Source: Asterionella formosa (taxonomy: Eukaryota). From it: a DNA stretch of 64,000 bases. Where the stretch lies: positions 1 through 64,000 of the forward strand of contig NKIB01012322.1 in the NCBI GenBank assembly GCA_002256025.1, given 5' to 3'. The notes under the pieces are model-generated. The model made no database searches and had not been told where the DNA came from. It saw only the letters and a list, made by a program, of their open reading frames with translations. Shown here piece by piece: positions 34,669 through 48,900 of this stretch. Positions within the stretch are counted from its first letter, which is position 1. The number at the start of each line of letters is the position of its first letter. The translations under genes and the position numbers were made by a program.

Positions 34669-36468
34669 TTACATTCCCCCACTGAAATCGAACTGCTGGT
34701 TTTGCTCTCCACCACCAGCTCCAAAAGTGAACTGCTCGTTCTCCATGTTAGGAGCCAGCATAGCCATTTCTTCTTCGTCTTCGACACCGAAGTACGTTTC
34801 CAAAATCTTGATGCACTTCTCGTAAATGTCATTGTTAGAGTGCTGTTGTAGTTCCTCAATTTTGGACAAACCTTCGGCTTCAGCAATATACGTTGCCATG
34901 ACGTTGTGCAGCCCAGTAGTCTTTGCATCTTCCTCGCCAATCTTCAAAATGTTTTCTAAACCTTCCAAAGCAATCGTGACGATCTTGCTATCATTGACAC
35001 TGAGCAAGTCACATAGGGGGCGGATGCATCCTTGTTGCACCAAAAATTTGATTTGATTCGGAGACCCACCACTGGTGGCGTTGGAAATGGCCCATGCTGA
35101 CTCTTTACGGATGTCAAACTCGGCATTTGTTAAGAGCTGAATAAGCGGAGGGATGATGTTGTTTTCAATAACAGCTTGGATTTGTTCCTTATTTCCAGCT
35201 GTAATGTTTGAAATGGTCCAGCAAGCCTCTTTTCGGATGCCTTTCTTAGGGTTAGATAAGAGCGCCAGCAAACAAGGAAGAGCATTATTGTTAATCACAA
35301 ACTGAGTTTGCAAGTCATTTCCGGTGACAATATTACCAACAGTCCTCAAAGCGGGTGTCTGAACAGCAGGAGAAGGATTCAAAAGTAATTCAACCAAACG
35401 ACGACAGACGCCCGCTTCGATAACTGCTTGAATCTTTTCGTTGGGTCCGTCACTCAAGTAACTGAGAGCCCAGCATGCATCAGTCAGTACTTCTTCGTCA
35501 GGGCTAAAAATCAACTGTGCCAGTGTGGGTAGGGCAGGACGGACAGCTTCAAAGTCAGGTTGTGGTTTTCCACGGCAAAAATTGGATAAGGTCCAAGTAG
35601 CGTTGCGTAGCATTGAGAGTTTCGAGTTCTGGTGCAGCTGCTGCAACAAAGGAGCCATGGCACCCACAGAAAGAACCAAATCACGGCAAGGAGGCGAGTC
35701 TCCTGCAATATTTCCAAGTGCCCAAACAGCTTGCTCACGGACATCATCGTTTGGAGACATCAAGAGACGGCAAAATATTGGAACAGCTCCAACTTCCATC
35801 ACAACCTTGGTGTGCTCGCTCGTCCCAGATGCGATGTTGGTCAAAGCCCAAGCCGCTTCAAACTGAAGGGCAGGATTGTCATCTCGGCTCAGAAATTCCA
35901 CAAATCGAGGCACCACACCAGACTCGATAACCTGTTGGATAGGAGGGTTCTTCTCAATACTCAACAAGCGTCTAAACTGAGTTGTACACTCGGTCTGAAC
36001 AGCAGGATCATTTCCCATGACGCCCTGGACCATTTGAGGGAGCTGCTCGAGTCTTGACTGCGCCACACGTGAGACAGGTGCGTCAGTCGCAGTTGCAGTG
36101 TCCATCATATGCGAATATGTGTCAGTTCCTTGACCCATGAGCATGGAAGCCGCCGCCATACCAGCAGGAGTAACGGCAGAAGGAGGGCCAGAGGGCATCT
36201 GACGGCGCTTGGCCAAGTTTCCTTCCTTTTTCGTCTTTCGAATTTGAATAGAGGTTTCTTCACGACGGCGACGACCATCTTCGGCGTCCACAGTTTTCTT
36301 GAAACCCTTAAGGCGCTGTAAGAGTTACAGAGAGAAATGCTGAGAATTAGTGCTGCCACTGTTGTGGTATTAAACCTACGTATTCTACCGAGACAAAAAA
36401 TGAACCATGACCACTTCCGTGCGGTGCTTTGATTGACTTACGTCTTGTTCTTTGGAACTCATTTCCAT
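34669..36468 (-). CDS. KPNA: importin subunit alpha, 2 exons: 36468-36442 and 36315-34669
   Basis: IBB domain ([20 protein letters not shown]) and ARM repeats ([40 protein letters not shown]). Intron 36441-36316 (GTAAGT...TACAG) joins MEMSSKEQD to [14 protein letters not shown] in frame. Confidence 0.95.
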
Positions 36469-37217
36469 CTTTCAGCTTCTTATTATCTATGAAATGGCGT
36501 TCTTGAGTGCAGTCTTTCTGTCGATGAAAGAAGTAACCAACGAGTGGAACGATACAACAGAAATGTTAGAAACGTTGTTTCAGCTTGGCTACATACAGGT
36601 AATAATATATACCGGTATTCTATGTTCATATACCTGTATTTATTGTACCAGGTACCTGGTACCAAGTAGCAGGGGCAACATGTAGTACCAGGTACCTGGC
36701 AACGGTACTCCTGGATATGGAATGTAGACTACCTGGTACCGAAGTACAGTACCAAGTGAGCTCATCTACCGGTACGCAGTTAGGACTCGGAGTCAAACAA
36801 GTCAAACGATTCGAATGAGTCAACTTTGATGTACCAAACTCTCATCAACCACACATTAAACCTTGTTACTCCACCTATAATGAGCCGGACGATATAAGCT
36901 ATTTCGGAAGACCGATAGTTTGAAAATGAATGATCATGGTTAAAAACCTATGATCAGTAAGTGTGAGATAGACATGGGTCTATCTATGATTGAATGTTTC
37001 TAGAAATGCAAACAGCATTTGGAGAATATTTCGTTTGTTTGTTCAAACAGAACAACCTAAAACTAGATTAGTAAACTCACAATAAGAATATAGAAACGGA
37101 AAGAGAAACGAACGTCTCTATTTATAGTCTTCTTTGTCTAATGATATAGATCTATACAAAAAGGTAATACTTTAACACATTTATAAACAAACTTAAGTGT
37201 TTAACATGTCTACAGAA

Positions 37218-38556
37218 ATGTCTGAAAAGAGCACCATGAGGCTCATCAAGTTTGATGGCAACGAAACAAACTGGTACCAGTGGAGCGTTAAAACGCTTGC
37301 TCTGGCGAAGGCAAGAGGATTCTGAACGATGTACTCCAAGAACCACTACCCGTGTTCTGACGAAGAGTACGAATTGGAGACAGACAAAAGAGGCAGGGCA
37401 ATCTACGAGGCCAACGACAAGGCTTACCGGCTGCTCATCATGAGCTGCACCGGAATTGCCTTCAGACTTGTAAATCAAGACAAAACGAAAACGTTGATTG
37501 ATGGCGATGCATACATGGCGTGGAAGAACCTCGAAGCGAGGTATGCCCCCCACTCGGTGTCGGACTTGATCCAGCTGGCAAGCGATTTCAACAAATGCAA
37601 GCTGAACGATAGCTCCTCTGATCCAGACAAATGGTTCATTGAGCTCGATCTAATACAAAGCAAGATGATGGCGATCTACCCGTCATTTGAGAAGAAATAA
37701 ATGGAAGTGATTGCGAACATTATCGAAAAGCTTCCAGTGGAGTACAGCGAGGTTGTTACAGTCGTCGAGGGCATGACAACAATCAGCCTCAACAAATTGA
37801 AAGGCAAGATCCGATCATTCTACAAACGAAAGCTTAAGGGCACGGAGAGCACAAAGGAGATCGCCCTATTCACGCAGAAATACAAAGGTATCTGAACACA
37901 AGTGGAACGAATGCAAACGGTACGAACAAAAAAATGAGATAAAGTGCAATACTTGCAATAAATATGTCGGGCATATTGCAAGAGACTGCCCGGAACCAAA
38001 ACGCGCACTACGCGGCGAGAAGAAAATAGAAACCGACATGTACTACGTCGGAATGTGTGAGGAGATTACCAGTACGGAGGCGATGGACGCTATCCCTGGT
38101 ACCAGGTACCGTGGACGTGATGCAGAATACTACCGAGACTCCTACTGAAGAACTCCTAAGCGTGTGTTTCGTCCCTACAATGGAAGATGAATGGTACGAA
38201 GATCAATACTGCGCGTCAAGCAACGGAACGGAGCGCTGGCTCGCGGACACTGGGGCTACCACACACATCACTATGACTGACGAATACATGACCACCGTCG
38301 AAAATGTCAAGGTCTCGGTCATTGTTGGTTACGGTAAAGAGGTGGTATGCACGAAACGGGGTGATATTCTGATTTCCAATAAAACGTGCTCCATGTTACC
38401 CAGCAGGGTATTCAGATTGAGTATACTGCCCCCCATACTTCTCAACAGAACGGAGTTGTGGAACGAAAATTTGTGACGATACGAGACCGAGCATGCGCCT
38501 TCATGTTCAGCGCAAAATTGTCAAACGAATACCAGGGGCTTCTGTGGGCCGAGAGT
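37218..38556 (+). mobile_element. Ty1/copia retrotransposon, 5' part (gag, protease, partial integrase), degenerate
   Basis: Gag IKFDGNETNWYQWSVK and AWKNLEARYAP; Zn knuckle KCNTCNKYVGHIARDCP; protease WLADTGATTHIT; integrase TAPHTSQQNGVVERK...LWAES. Stops and an internal deletion. Confidence 0.9.
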
Positions 38557-38788
38557 CGTCTGCGAATAAAAAAGTATCATGCATATAGGATCAAGGGTAT
38601 CGTACGCTAAGTGGCACAGGATTTTCGTCTATTTAATAATCTTTGGATCAAAACTAGTATGATCAAGGTATCCTATAACTATGATGATTTTTTATATTTT
38701 ACTGACCTTGAAGTATAATGATAATAAGAACATTATCATCACACAATGTATATCAACTGATCAACAACATTACTCATCATCATCATAA

Positions 38789-41700
38789 ATGTTGCAATGG
38801 TGTTATCTGTGTAACTACAAATTTCGGAAGAACAAATCCCCATCTGAGTCTAACAATCGAAATTGTAGCAACCGTGTTTTCTATTCATATGGTCACTTTC
38901 AACATTGCATGCAAGAACATCGAGTTCCTGGAATACATAATGAAACTATGTATTGCGGTAGTGCATCGAATCATTCAAGGAAAGAAGTTAATGGCAGTGT
39001 AACTGCTACAGCATTTAGGGAGAGTAGACAAAAAGAAGAGATAATGTGTCCTTTCCTTGAATCAAGTGACTACAATCAGCCATCCATTTAATGACGACAG
39101 CGACGATTCAGTTTATAACAATATTCAGTTACAACAAGACAAACAATTGAGACTAAAAACTCTCCAAGGATTGAATTCAGAGACCATGCAATATTCAGAT
39201 TTCCAAAATCACACCGGCTTTCTCCCTGAAAATGCAATGGAAATGCCCCTTCCTCCTCAATTTCAACTTCAAAGTAAACATTCCATAAACATGCGCGCAT
39301 CCAATCGAATTAGAACTCATGTTATTCCTTAACGAGAATTACCTTCCACCAGTTTATTTTGATCATCTAATGAAATGGCTGTTCAAGGCCAAAGCAATGA
39401 AATATTTTGATGGAAGCAAGGTATCAAGCTCCATCCTACCAGACTTTGAAAAAACGCATGGATATTTCATTTCCACCAACATTAGCTAGTGGTCAACTGT
39501 TGACCAAACAAATACAGATTGATAACAATTCAAACATTATCATCCCACGCACACTCCATTATTTCGAACCAGTACAGCTCATGGCAGGATCTTTATGTGA
39601 TTACGATATCATGCAACATTTTGTATGTCACCCACAAGTGAAACTTACAACTTGTGGAGAACATATGCATATATGACAAAGTAGCTTCCGCGACTTGGTT
39701 TGAAAATGCATTCAACAATTCTCCTGCATCAGAAAATGGAGTGTTGAAGGCAAGACATGGTATTTATTTGTTGCCCTAGCAGTTTTCAGTGATGGTTCAC
39801 CTATTGATAAACAAATGAAACATTCCGAGCATCCGTTTTTATTGACAATGTTAAACTCAACGTTAGAAGGAAGGAAAGATTTGATGGATAGCAATTGGTA
39901 TCTCTTTTGCCAGACATTGAAGTCAGTGATCTGGAGAAACAAATGAATAATAAGTTATCTGGTGACAACTTGTCCTTATGTCGACTCAAATTATACCATT
40001 CTGTTTACAGGATTTCTATTGTCGCCTTTCGAAGAGCGATCCAAACAAGTCATACGATATTTGGTTTCATGGTCTTGGTATGACAAAAGTTTATTTCCAG
40101 ATTGGAATGATCATTGGTGATACAGACGAGCACAACAAAATTTGTGGTTTCAGGGGTGGTTATGGATTATATCGACGATATGTTTGTCGTGATTGCCTGG
40201 TTTCAACTGAAGATGCTGATAATCCCGATATTGGATGTGAACGTCGTAAAGTGTCAGATGTTAAAAAGTTTGTAAAAACATTTCTTGACAAAAATGCATA
40301 TCCCGATGGAAAATTACCATGTATCTCACCTGAGTATTGTGTCTCCCAGTCTAATGGCAAATACGCAACAGCAAAGGAGTGGTGCCATGTTACATCGCAT
40401 AATACAATTATGCCTGCACTAATAAATCATTTCTTGGTGGTGACTTAGACGGATTATTTGGTGCAACTCCGTTTGAGGTTCTTCATCAATAACTTCTTGG
40501 AATATTTAAGTACATCACAGTACATTTTGGAATCATTGCACTATCATCGGACTATCCCTGAAGAATGGACATGTTTTTTAAAAGAAAGAAAATCTCCAGA
40601 TATTCCAGAGAACATCTCTGATCAGAAACGTATCACTGAAACAACAGACACTGCTTTTCTTGATCAAGAGCAACCGAAGAAACGGGCAAAGACCAAAAAG
40701 GACACAGGCACCAGTTACCAAAAATATCTACACTGGCAAAAATCAAGACCCAACACTTGTACCAGCACCGGAAATGTATTTTCGAAACTATACTTCGAAC
40801 AAAGTGCTAGATATCTCAATAGTCATTTGGAAAGCAAAGCAAAGCGATCGTGATATTCCGAAATTGTCATACAGATCTGGGATGACAGCTTTCTCAAAAA
40901 TGTCAGGGCAAGAAATTCCCGGATTATGTCTGTTAACTATTTTTTCAATGGGTGGAATGATGGGTTCAGAGAACACCATGCACCTAGAAAAGGATTTCAT
41001 ATTGCTGTTATGGTTATGTCTATCGATCAATGACACTTTATTCATACCGCAGTATACATCAACATCTATTGATATTTTAGAGGAAAGGGTTAAGAGATTT
41101 ATGTCAGTTACTAAGATTATGATTCCAACAGGAAATGATATCTCAAATTGACTTTGTCTGTAAATAAAAAATATCATGAAAATATGATCAAGGGTATCGT
41201 ACGCTAAGTGGCATAGGATTTTCACACATATGATAGTTTTTCGATCAAAAATACGATCAATGTATCATATAATTATGATCATGCAGTAAACTTTTACCGA
41301 GCTTGAAGTATGATGAGACTATCATAGTTATAATACTATTGCATCATATAATTAGTTAAAGATGGTCATATGATGTGTATACTTTTGTCATACATCTATC
41401 TTAGCATGATCCTAATTCTCATCAATATCACTGTCTAAAATAGGATGAAATTGATCGAAATTTAGAACTATATTTAGCTAAGAATGGTTCTATGATTCTA
41501 TATCTTAAGTGGATACAGAATGTTCTACAATGCTCTCATCGCAATGATTGTTGGTGCCGCTTTCACTTCCACCTTCCCCCCAATCCAATTCTGAAGGTTG
41601 TTGTACTGGTTGCCTTGCCATTGTTCCCCTGCTTGCTTTGTTCCATTTACTCCTGAGGGTTGTTCTGAGTTTGCATTCACGCATATTTCTATTACTATTG

Positions 41701-44700
41701 AATCCGTTTCGTTGTTCCAATCAGCCATACTAACAAAGAGAAGCGACAATTCATTGTTAGCTGTTCATGTTTTGCTTACACAACAACATGCATTTCGCTT
41801 CTATCTTGCTTCACTTACCACAAATTGAGGAAGTAACTGATGCATACTATTTCTGTAGAAGAATGTGTCAGTCGAAGATTGAATGAGAAGCAAAGTATCG
41901 ATCAATAAATGGGCTCCAACACTGCTCTTTGTAACTTACAAATACTGTTTGTCTACCATTATCCTGAAAGAAGCAACACATATGTGTCAGTTTTTCTAAC
42001 AGTTGTGGATTGATCCAAAGATGGCTGATAGGCAGCCCTTACCGGTTTCTTTTGTCCACATTGATGGTTGACCAGCCACCAAATCGAAAAGGAGCTATTG
42101 AATCACTGAAAGCAAGGGGACGAGTCATTCCGTATTTGTAATCCCAGCAATTGATCATCTTGGCATTTGCTCATGACAAACCGTGATGCTATGCACAGCT
42201 TGTTCATTCCGCCCTTCTCCATCATATTCACTCATTCTTATCATGCTGTATTGTCACTTCAGTTTTTCGCATCATGTGTTGCTTGAGATCCTTCATTTGA
42301 GGAAGTGGATGCAGCATGACAAGGAACATGAAAGGCATCTGCTCTTGACTTCTTACCATCAATTGATTCAGCCCTTCTCTTCTAAGCCGCAAGTATCATT
42401 GTGCTTTATTATCACTTTAGTTTTCCGCGTCATCATCTGTGTTAATCCTTCAATTCAGGAGCAAAGTGTATGCATGACAAGGAACATGAAAACACGATTT
42501 CAAATGTTTCAGCCATGAATACATATATATAAAGATTTGTAAGAAATTTAAATGTATACATGGCCTACCGGTAGTACTGTATAATTGCTGGCAATTACTT
42601 CTATCATGGAAATACCACAATGGAAATGATCAAATATAGTCTACACAAGGAGCAGTGCATCATATATGCCCTGCTCTTGTTATTGTGATTCCTATGAAAT
42701 CTCATGATCTGTTCTGCGCTTTTTCGCCACAATTGTTTTCATTGGCTGTTTCACTGGACAGCATTCGAATTGATTGTGCTTTGAACAAAGCAATGATCAA
42801 AGTCCACCCCATTGCAGAATGGTGAGTCTCACAACTAAGTATCAGCCAGTCGATTAAACTTGGACTGTCTTTTGTGCACCCTCGTTGTGTTTGTACTTGA
42901 CTTGGCAGCTGTCAGCCAAGAGCAGCCATGGCATGCCACCATTTATTGTCTATACATGTTTCGAATGCGTTCAGCTATGATAACTTTTGCTCCCCCCTCC
43001 TAGACACTATCTCACCACCCTTGTCATCGATTTTTCTTTATCCTTTGGCTTCACAGGCCCAGGTTACTCAATGCCTTCATCTTCAAGGAGTTCAGCCAAG
43101 CAGGTCCACGTTGGCGTCAAGAAAACATCAACCCCAATTTTCCTCACATGCTCCACCCATCAAATTCTTCATTGATGAATTCAAGGAAGCTATATTCACA
43201 ACATCAGGTGGCGCAGGCTTGTGTATAGATTGATGATGCCGAAAGCAATGCTTCCTTTTCCTGTAGGTATTGTCCTGATGTTTGCAGAGCATTTTTAGTT
43301 TGATTTTTCCACTGGTTTCGATCCCTTTTGCACCATTCAATTCAAGAAACAAGCAACACATTGAGATTTCTGGAGGTCTCGGTCAGTGGCACCATAAAGC
43401 AACAATCAACAGATCATGGCGGCTGTTCTATATTTTCTGTAGCAAGTGACATTCAAAAAGGGTCTGGGATCATTGGGGAGAAAAATTAGTAGGATTCTCT
43501 GTGTTTGCCCCCGCCCGTTTGGCAGCCATTCTACCACCATCATGGTGGTAGATTGAGAGGAAGCAATGATTGCTTCCTCTCAATCAATACTAGCTAGTAG
43601 TATAGCTTATGAAAACCGTAATTAGATGAAATGTGACTTCCGGTTTCTAATGTTTTAGTACATTGTTGCAATACTGAAATTTGAATCCATTAATGGGCAT
43701 TCAACTTGTGCTTCTTGCATTTTTGCAGTATAGACTGGCTGGTGGTCGATAGAAAAACGTGTCTGGCTCTTTATGAACATCTACAAAGTCCTAGTGCTTT
43801 TGTCGAGGTTCGTGTCTAATACCAACTGCTGCCATCCATTGAAACATTCCAGATACATAAAAGAATACGCTCTTGTCTTTAAAGGTAAGGAACTAGAACG
43901 ATGACAAAGAAAATCTAATGAGACATGAAAATTAAGAAACCAGAATCAGCCACTCTGTTACTATAAATAGACAGTCTCATGCTTCTTTGTGCATATCGCC
44001 TGCTATGCTGCGTTTCAATTCTAGATGTATTACGTTCTTGTTAGAGAGACGATGTTATGGAGAAGTAGATTGTGCTGTTCTATAATGGATGTTGTTTAGC
44101 TATGATTGAGGTTGTAACACTGATTGATGCTCTGGTGACAGACCAGCCGGAAATTTTCGTCTTGCTGTGTGATGAGCCATTTCGTTTTCATTGGATTTCT
44201 TTTCAAGCTCTTAACGGATTGCATATTACGAACATACTGTACAATGTAGATGATGATTCATCGAAGACAGCTGATGACTTGAACGACAAATGAAGATTTT
44301 GTCACAAACATTCGTTCCTCTTGACATGGCTGCTTTGTCGTGGTTGTTGCAAGAATCAGAGTGAGGACTGGCGAGGATGATGAGCCAAACCACATTACTC
44401 TAACTGGTACATTATCCTACCAAGAAATTTAAATAAAAAAAAATAAAAGAAACAATACATATATTAATTAAATTTCCATAGTCAAAAGGGTTACTATTTA
44501 AATTACGAGGGCATTTATCAAAATTATTAGATGATATAGCGAAAAATTATGATCAGATGATCATAATCCTATGATGCATCATGGAAATGTGATAGTTTTC
44601 ATGTGCAGACGTTACGAATGGCAAAATTTCATGGAATGAAACATTACCCTCATCTGATTAGGAAGTTTGGATCTCCTCTTAATTTCTTTGGTGGATATTT

Positions 44701-45361
44701 GGAGTCTTTTTCGAAAGACAAATTGAAACGACCCAGTAAGCGTATCAATGGAAAATTACATCGATTAAAGCATGACATTTTAACAAGGTCATATCAAACA
44801 AGGCAGTTTTCCTTGGCACGAAAAATTGTTTTAGCAAGTGATACATTACATACAGAGAACGTTCCCGGCCAAACTACTATTTTCAGATGCCATCCGAAAT
44901 GGAATAAAGATTCAAATCCAGGAATCTCTGGTCGTGAATGTTTTGACTGAGTCGAAGTGAACTGGGAGAAAGGAGATTGATCAAGTTCCTACGCAGTTCA
45001 GTTACGGCAAAACTACTTCTTTGGGAAAATGTTATTTTTTCCAACACAACAACCATTCTCTTAGCGTGTATTCGTTCCTTGAAAAGTTCAACTGAAATGA
45101 AAATTCATTAACCTATGCTGCTTTTTTGCAAGAGGAGACACCTTATGCAATGATACAACTGAATTGAGCGTTGTTGAATTTCATAACATACTTTCGGCAG
45201 CATTTGTTGTTCCTGCTTTGAAACCACAGGAATCAAGGAAATCTCTGAAACCGCAAGAAGTTTTGGAACAGATACGTAAAGATAATTTTTATGTTGCCAT
45301 GCCTCCACGTCAATTATGGAAATCAATTGGGTGGGACCAAAAACTAACAAGCGAACGTTGA
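38789..45361 (+). pseudogene. Plavaka-type transposase, degenerate and split by a nested element
   Basis: N-terminal CYLC..H Zn-finger-like segment, AVFSDGSPID, IIGDTDEHNKICG, CRDC, ATPFEVLHQ, SKMSGQE, AKFHGMKHYPHLIRKFGSPLNFFGG..E and FRCHPKW, in the order expected for Plavaka/CACTA-like transposases. Confidence 0.75.
41155..44611 (+). mobile_element. nested non-autonomous sister element (3457 bp) of the same Plavaka-like family
   Basis: Ends TGTCTGTAAATAAAAAA and TTTTCATGTGCAGACG with TT duplicated. Left ~70 bp and right ~270 bp align with the outer element's ends. Confidence 0.88.
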
Positions 45362-45489
45362 TAAATACAGAATAATAATATAAATAATAGTGATAATTTA
45401 GTTTCACATACTAGTTAAGTTATTAGAAGGTTTTTACAAAATAAAATGTCCTGAGGAATGATGAGATTGGATGATCCCAATGGTCCGCC

Positions 45490-47720
45490 CATTATTTGTT
45501 CTTTTTCACTCCCAAAGAACCTAAGATGGTCCTTCTCGTTTCGTCCGAAATTTTTCTTCTCCACTTTTCAACTGCAGTTCGATATGAGGAGTCTGTAAAC
45601 TTTTTCAATTTGATTCCAGAAGGGCCATCATCAGTTACAAAATAACTTTTTGTCAATTTTGATGCATCCAGAAATTTGGCCAAGAGGTAGATGGATATAC
45701 CATCTGAAGGGAGCAACTTTTTCATTCATTTGTTGGATCATGGATTTCACCTTGACAACGACATCATCCTTCTTGAAAGATGAATTGCAAGGAAGTCGTC
45801 CAAATACTTCGTTCAACATTTTTTAGTCTAAATAGGAGCTCAAAATTTTGTCGATACAAAATTGAAGAGCAGTTATTTCCAACTGAAACATATCCTCACG
45901 AGAATTTGTCGTTGTCACTTGAGGCCAAACTGTTCCAGGATGAAAGTAGTCTATGTTGACTTGGTTGGTGGGTCAGATTTAACAGATAACAAATCGTCTG
46001 TTCGATCAGTTGCTACCACCTGCCTGACGTCTTTTTAAAACTTTCCAGGACTCCATCTCCAAACGGAATTGTGCGGGCCTGGTTACCAAGAAATTTGGTT
46101 TTGCCATTTCTTTCTAGTTGCAATAGAGTTTCCAATACTTTCAATATTGTAAATGGTCCACATGACCATCCACTATCAACTTCTGGTTGAAATAACATGG
46201 AATCATGTTCAGTGGCCATTATGATCTGCAATGGTGCTTTGGTGTCAGTATAGAAAGATTCCGATAAACCAATTTCTTCAGGTGTATGGTATTCTTGTGG
46301 AAGATATCCTGTATCAGTGCGAAACAATTCCAATTGTCTGCAGCATCCAGGGATGATGCAGTACTTACGGGCAAGGTGAAATATTTGATCATAATGTTCA
46401 TCCAAACTTGCATCTTTTCCTGGATCACGGGCTTGACATAATCCATCATTTATAGCGAAAAGATAATGCACAAAATGGTTGTTTTCCTCCTCATCTTGTG
46501 ATCTTTTGCATTAAACAATTAGCACATAGTTACTGTCATGATGAAGTGGATGACAATCACCTTGGTATATATACGGTTTGTCATTACCCTTTTATGGGTT
46601 CTCATCCAGATCAAATATAAGTCAACCTTTACATTAGTTGGATGAAGTTCATGAATTATATAATGGATCATAGGGATAATTTTTTCAAGGTCCCAATATG
46701 CAAGATCTTTAAAATCTGAAGATGATTTTTTGATACCTTTGACTTCATAAAAGACAGTGGCGTAATTGCATATTTCTTGTGGGGTACGTGTGTACAAATC
46801 TTTCCACACTTTTAGTTGTCCATGCGTTTTTGGCAAACTCAAGGAAAATGCAGTTTGCTTTGGCATTTTAACTCTACACATTTCACATGCTGACTCTTCA
46901 CAAAAGTAGGCTAGCTCCCTTCGGGATTGTTCTCGATGATTTTACAGAGAAATTCTTTTTCTTCCATGTATGATTTGGAAAAAGATTCAATTTTTTCTTC
47001 AAACTTCGTTCCCAACTCAGTGCATCAACTGGGCTGCCTTAGCCAGCATGGTCATCACATCTCTGTCTGCATTGATCCTCTTGAATTCGAGGTCTTGATC
47101 TAGCTCGGACTTTTTCTTGAATACCTTGCTTTTCATTTAGAAATACAATAGTTTCTCTGCTTTCATGATGTTCATCTTGATGTTCTGGATGATTAGTGAG
47201 ACATATTTCTTGGTTTTGCAACTTTTCAACCATTTCTACTTCAGAAGTGATGTCTCCTACATTTCCGCCGGTATTTTCATTCGTCGCATGAATTTATTCA
47301 TCAAATGAATGAGAACCACTGAGTTCTTCTTCATTATCAGCGATTTCAGGAGAATGAGCAAAATACGACACTGGATGAAACTGTGACTCTGTAGGAATAG
47401 AGTCGCTCTTCATCCGCGAAGAACAACTGTTTGGGTTTCCTCTGCTCGTCGAAAGCAATCTTTCCTTCTTTTCAATCTCTGCCACTATTGTATCGGCATA
47501 CTTCATGATTTTTCTGGAGTATTATGAATCTGTTCAAATTCATTTGATCTTTGAGTGTATTCAAAGGAATCTTCGATTGATTTCAAAAGTTTCTTCATCT
47601 TCTTTTCCGAAAACATAAAGTCGTCGTGTAGTGTAAACAATGGAAGTAAGTCACGTTTCTTGTTTGACTGATCCTTTGCATGAAATCCATGAAATGCCAT
47701 TTGGAAAGTTGTCAAAGGGC
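45490..47720 (-). pseudogene. second gene of the outer element with Ulp1/C48-like cysteine protease motifs, fragmented
   Basis: NNHFVHYLF (His), ARDPG (Asp) and FQPEVDSGWSCGPF (Gln/Cys) around 46150-46490; surrounding ORF fragments are on the same strand. Confidence 0.55.
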
Positions 47721-48450
47721 CAGGAGACTATGATGTAAAACAGTGAAAGGGAAACGCGGAGCCTTTTGCGGCGCTTGTGGAGGTGCAACTGGTGTGATGG
47801 TAACCAAGTGTAGTAATTGTTGAACAGAGCACAGTGTGATATGCATGTTCCGCCAGCGTAGTGTTTGCACAATTCATATGCAGGTACATATAGCTATAAC
47901 AAGGAAAAACGACATGACAATGAACGTGATGGCTGGTTGTTGAGGATACCGGTTTGTGATATGCATCAATCCATATCACAAATCATATTATAGTGATGTA
48001 CATATCAACGCATCCATATACTTAGATCCTATCCACCATAAAATACTATCATATTAACTGTTGGCTTTTACTGTATACATTAAAAGTCGAATTTATATAT
48101 TAAGTAACATAATTATGATTTATTTATTTATTTTCTGTGATGTATCAATAACACTTGCGTACATATTTACATTTTAAGAAATCATCACAGTTCTATGAAC
48201 AATGTATCATAGTTATGTGATATACTTTATTCAATATTATGTATCATACTTTGGTGATGTATGCATCGATGTAAACCTATCATGATATCACATTATCATC
48301 TTATCAATCATGATGAGATGATTGGGAACTGTAGTATTCTGCATCGAACTACGGAGTATGATATTATAACACGCACTTTAGTAGCTAAGTCACTCCTGTA
48401 ATGTACACAAGTTGACAGTGCACGAAAACACGTACACACATGTTAATCAG

Positions 48451-48900
48451 GTTTGAGGCAACGGACAGTGGTTCCAACGAGCAAATGACGATACCACGGG
48501 TACCAATTTTTCCAGCGGCAAACCGCAATGATGAAGGACACTTGTCCCTCTATTGATAAGGATGACACGGACACCGACTTTTCCAGGAGCAAACAACAAT
48601 GAAGAGACCCACTTGTCGCTCTATTGATGGTAACAAAGATGCGGACAAGTTCAACAGTGAATACAAGAATAACATACCAATGAAAACAAGTCGGCAGTGT
48701 GTGTACGCACACGCCAAGCAGGTTTGAGGCAACGGACAGTTCCAACAAGCAAATGACAAAACGGATATCAAATATTTCCTACAAGCAAACAACAATGAAG
48801 AGAGCCACTTGCAGTCGCTCTCTTGATGGTATCAAAGATGCGGAAAAATTCAATTGTAAATACAAGTACAGCATGCCAAATGCAGAAACGAGCGACATGA
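48451..48900 (+). repeat. diverged ~270-bp internal duplication in the transposon's right arm
   Basis: GGTTTGAGGCAACGGACAGT at 48451 and 48721; AAACAACAATGAAGAGA...AAAGATGCGGA also occurs twice. Mirrored at 61500-62030. Confidence 0.7.

Noticed and set aside
887..36359. Short ORFs overlapping the long genes in other frames or on the antisense strand
   Set aside because: Shadow ORFs of real coding sequence with no independent support.
37218..47720. In-frame stops in TE genes as stop-codon reassignment
   Set aside because: Intact host genes end normally at TAA, TAG and TGA, and the TE frames also contain frameshifts.
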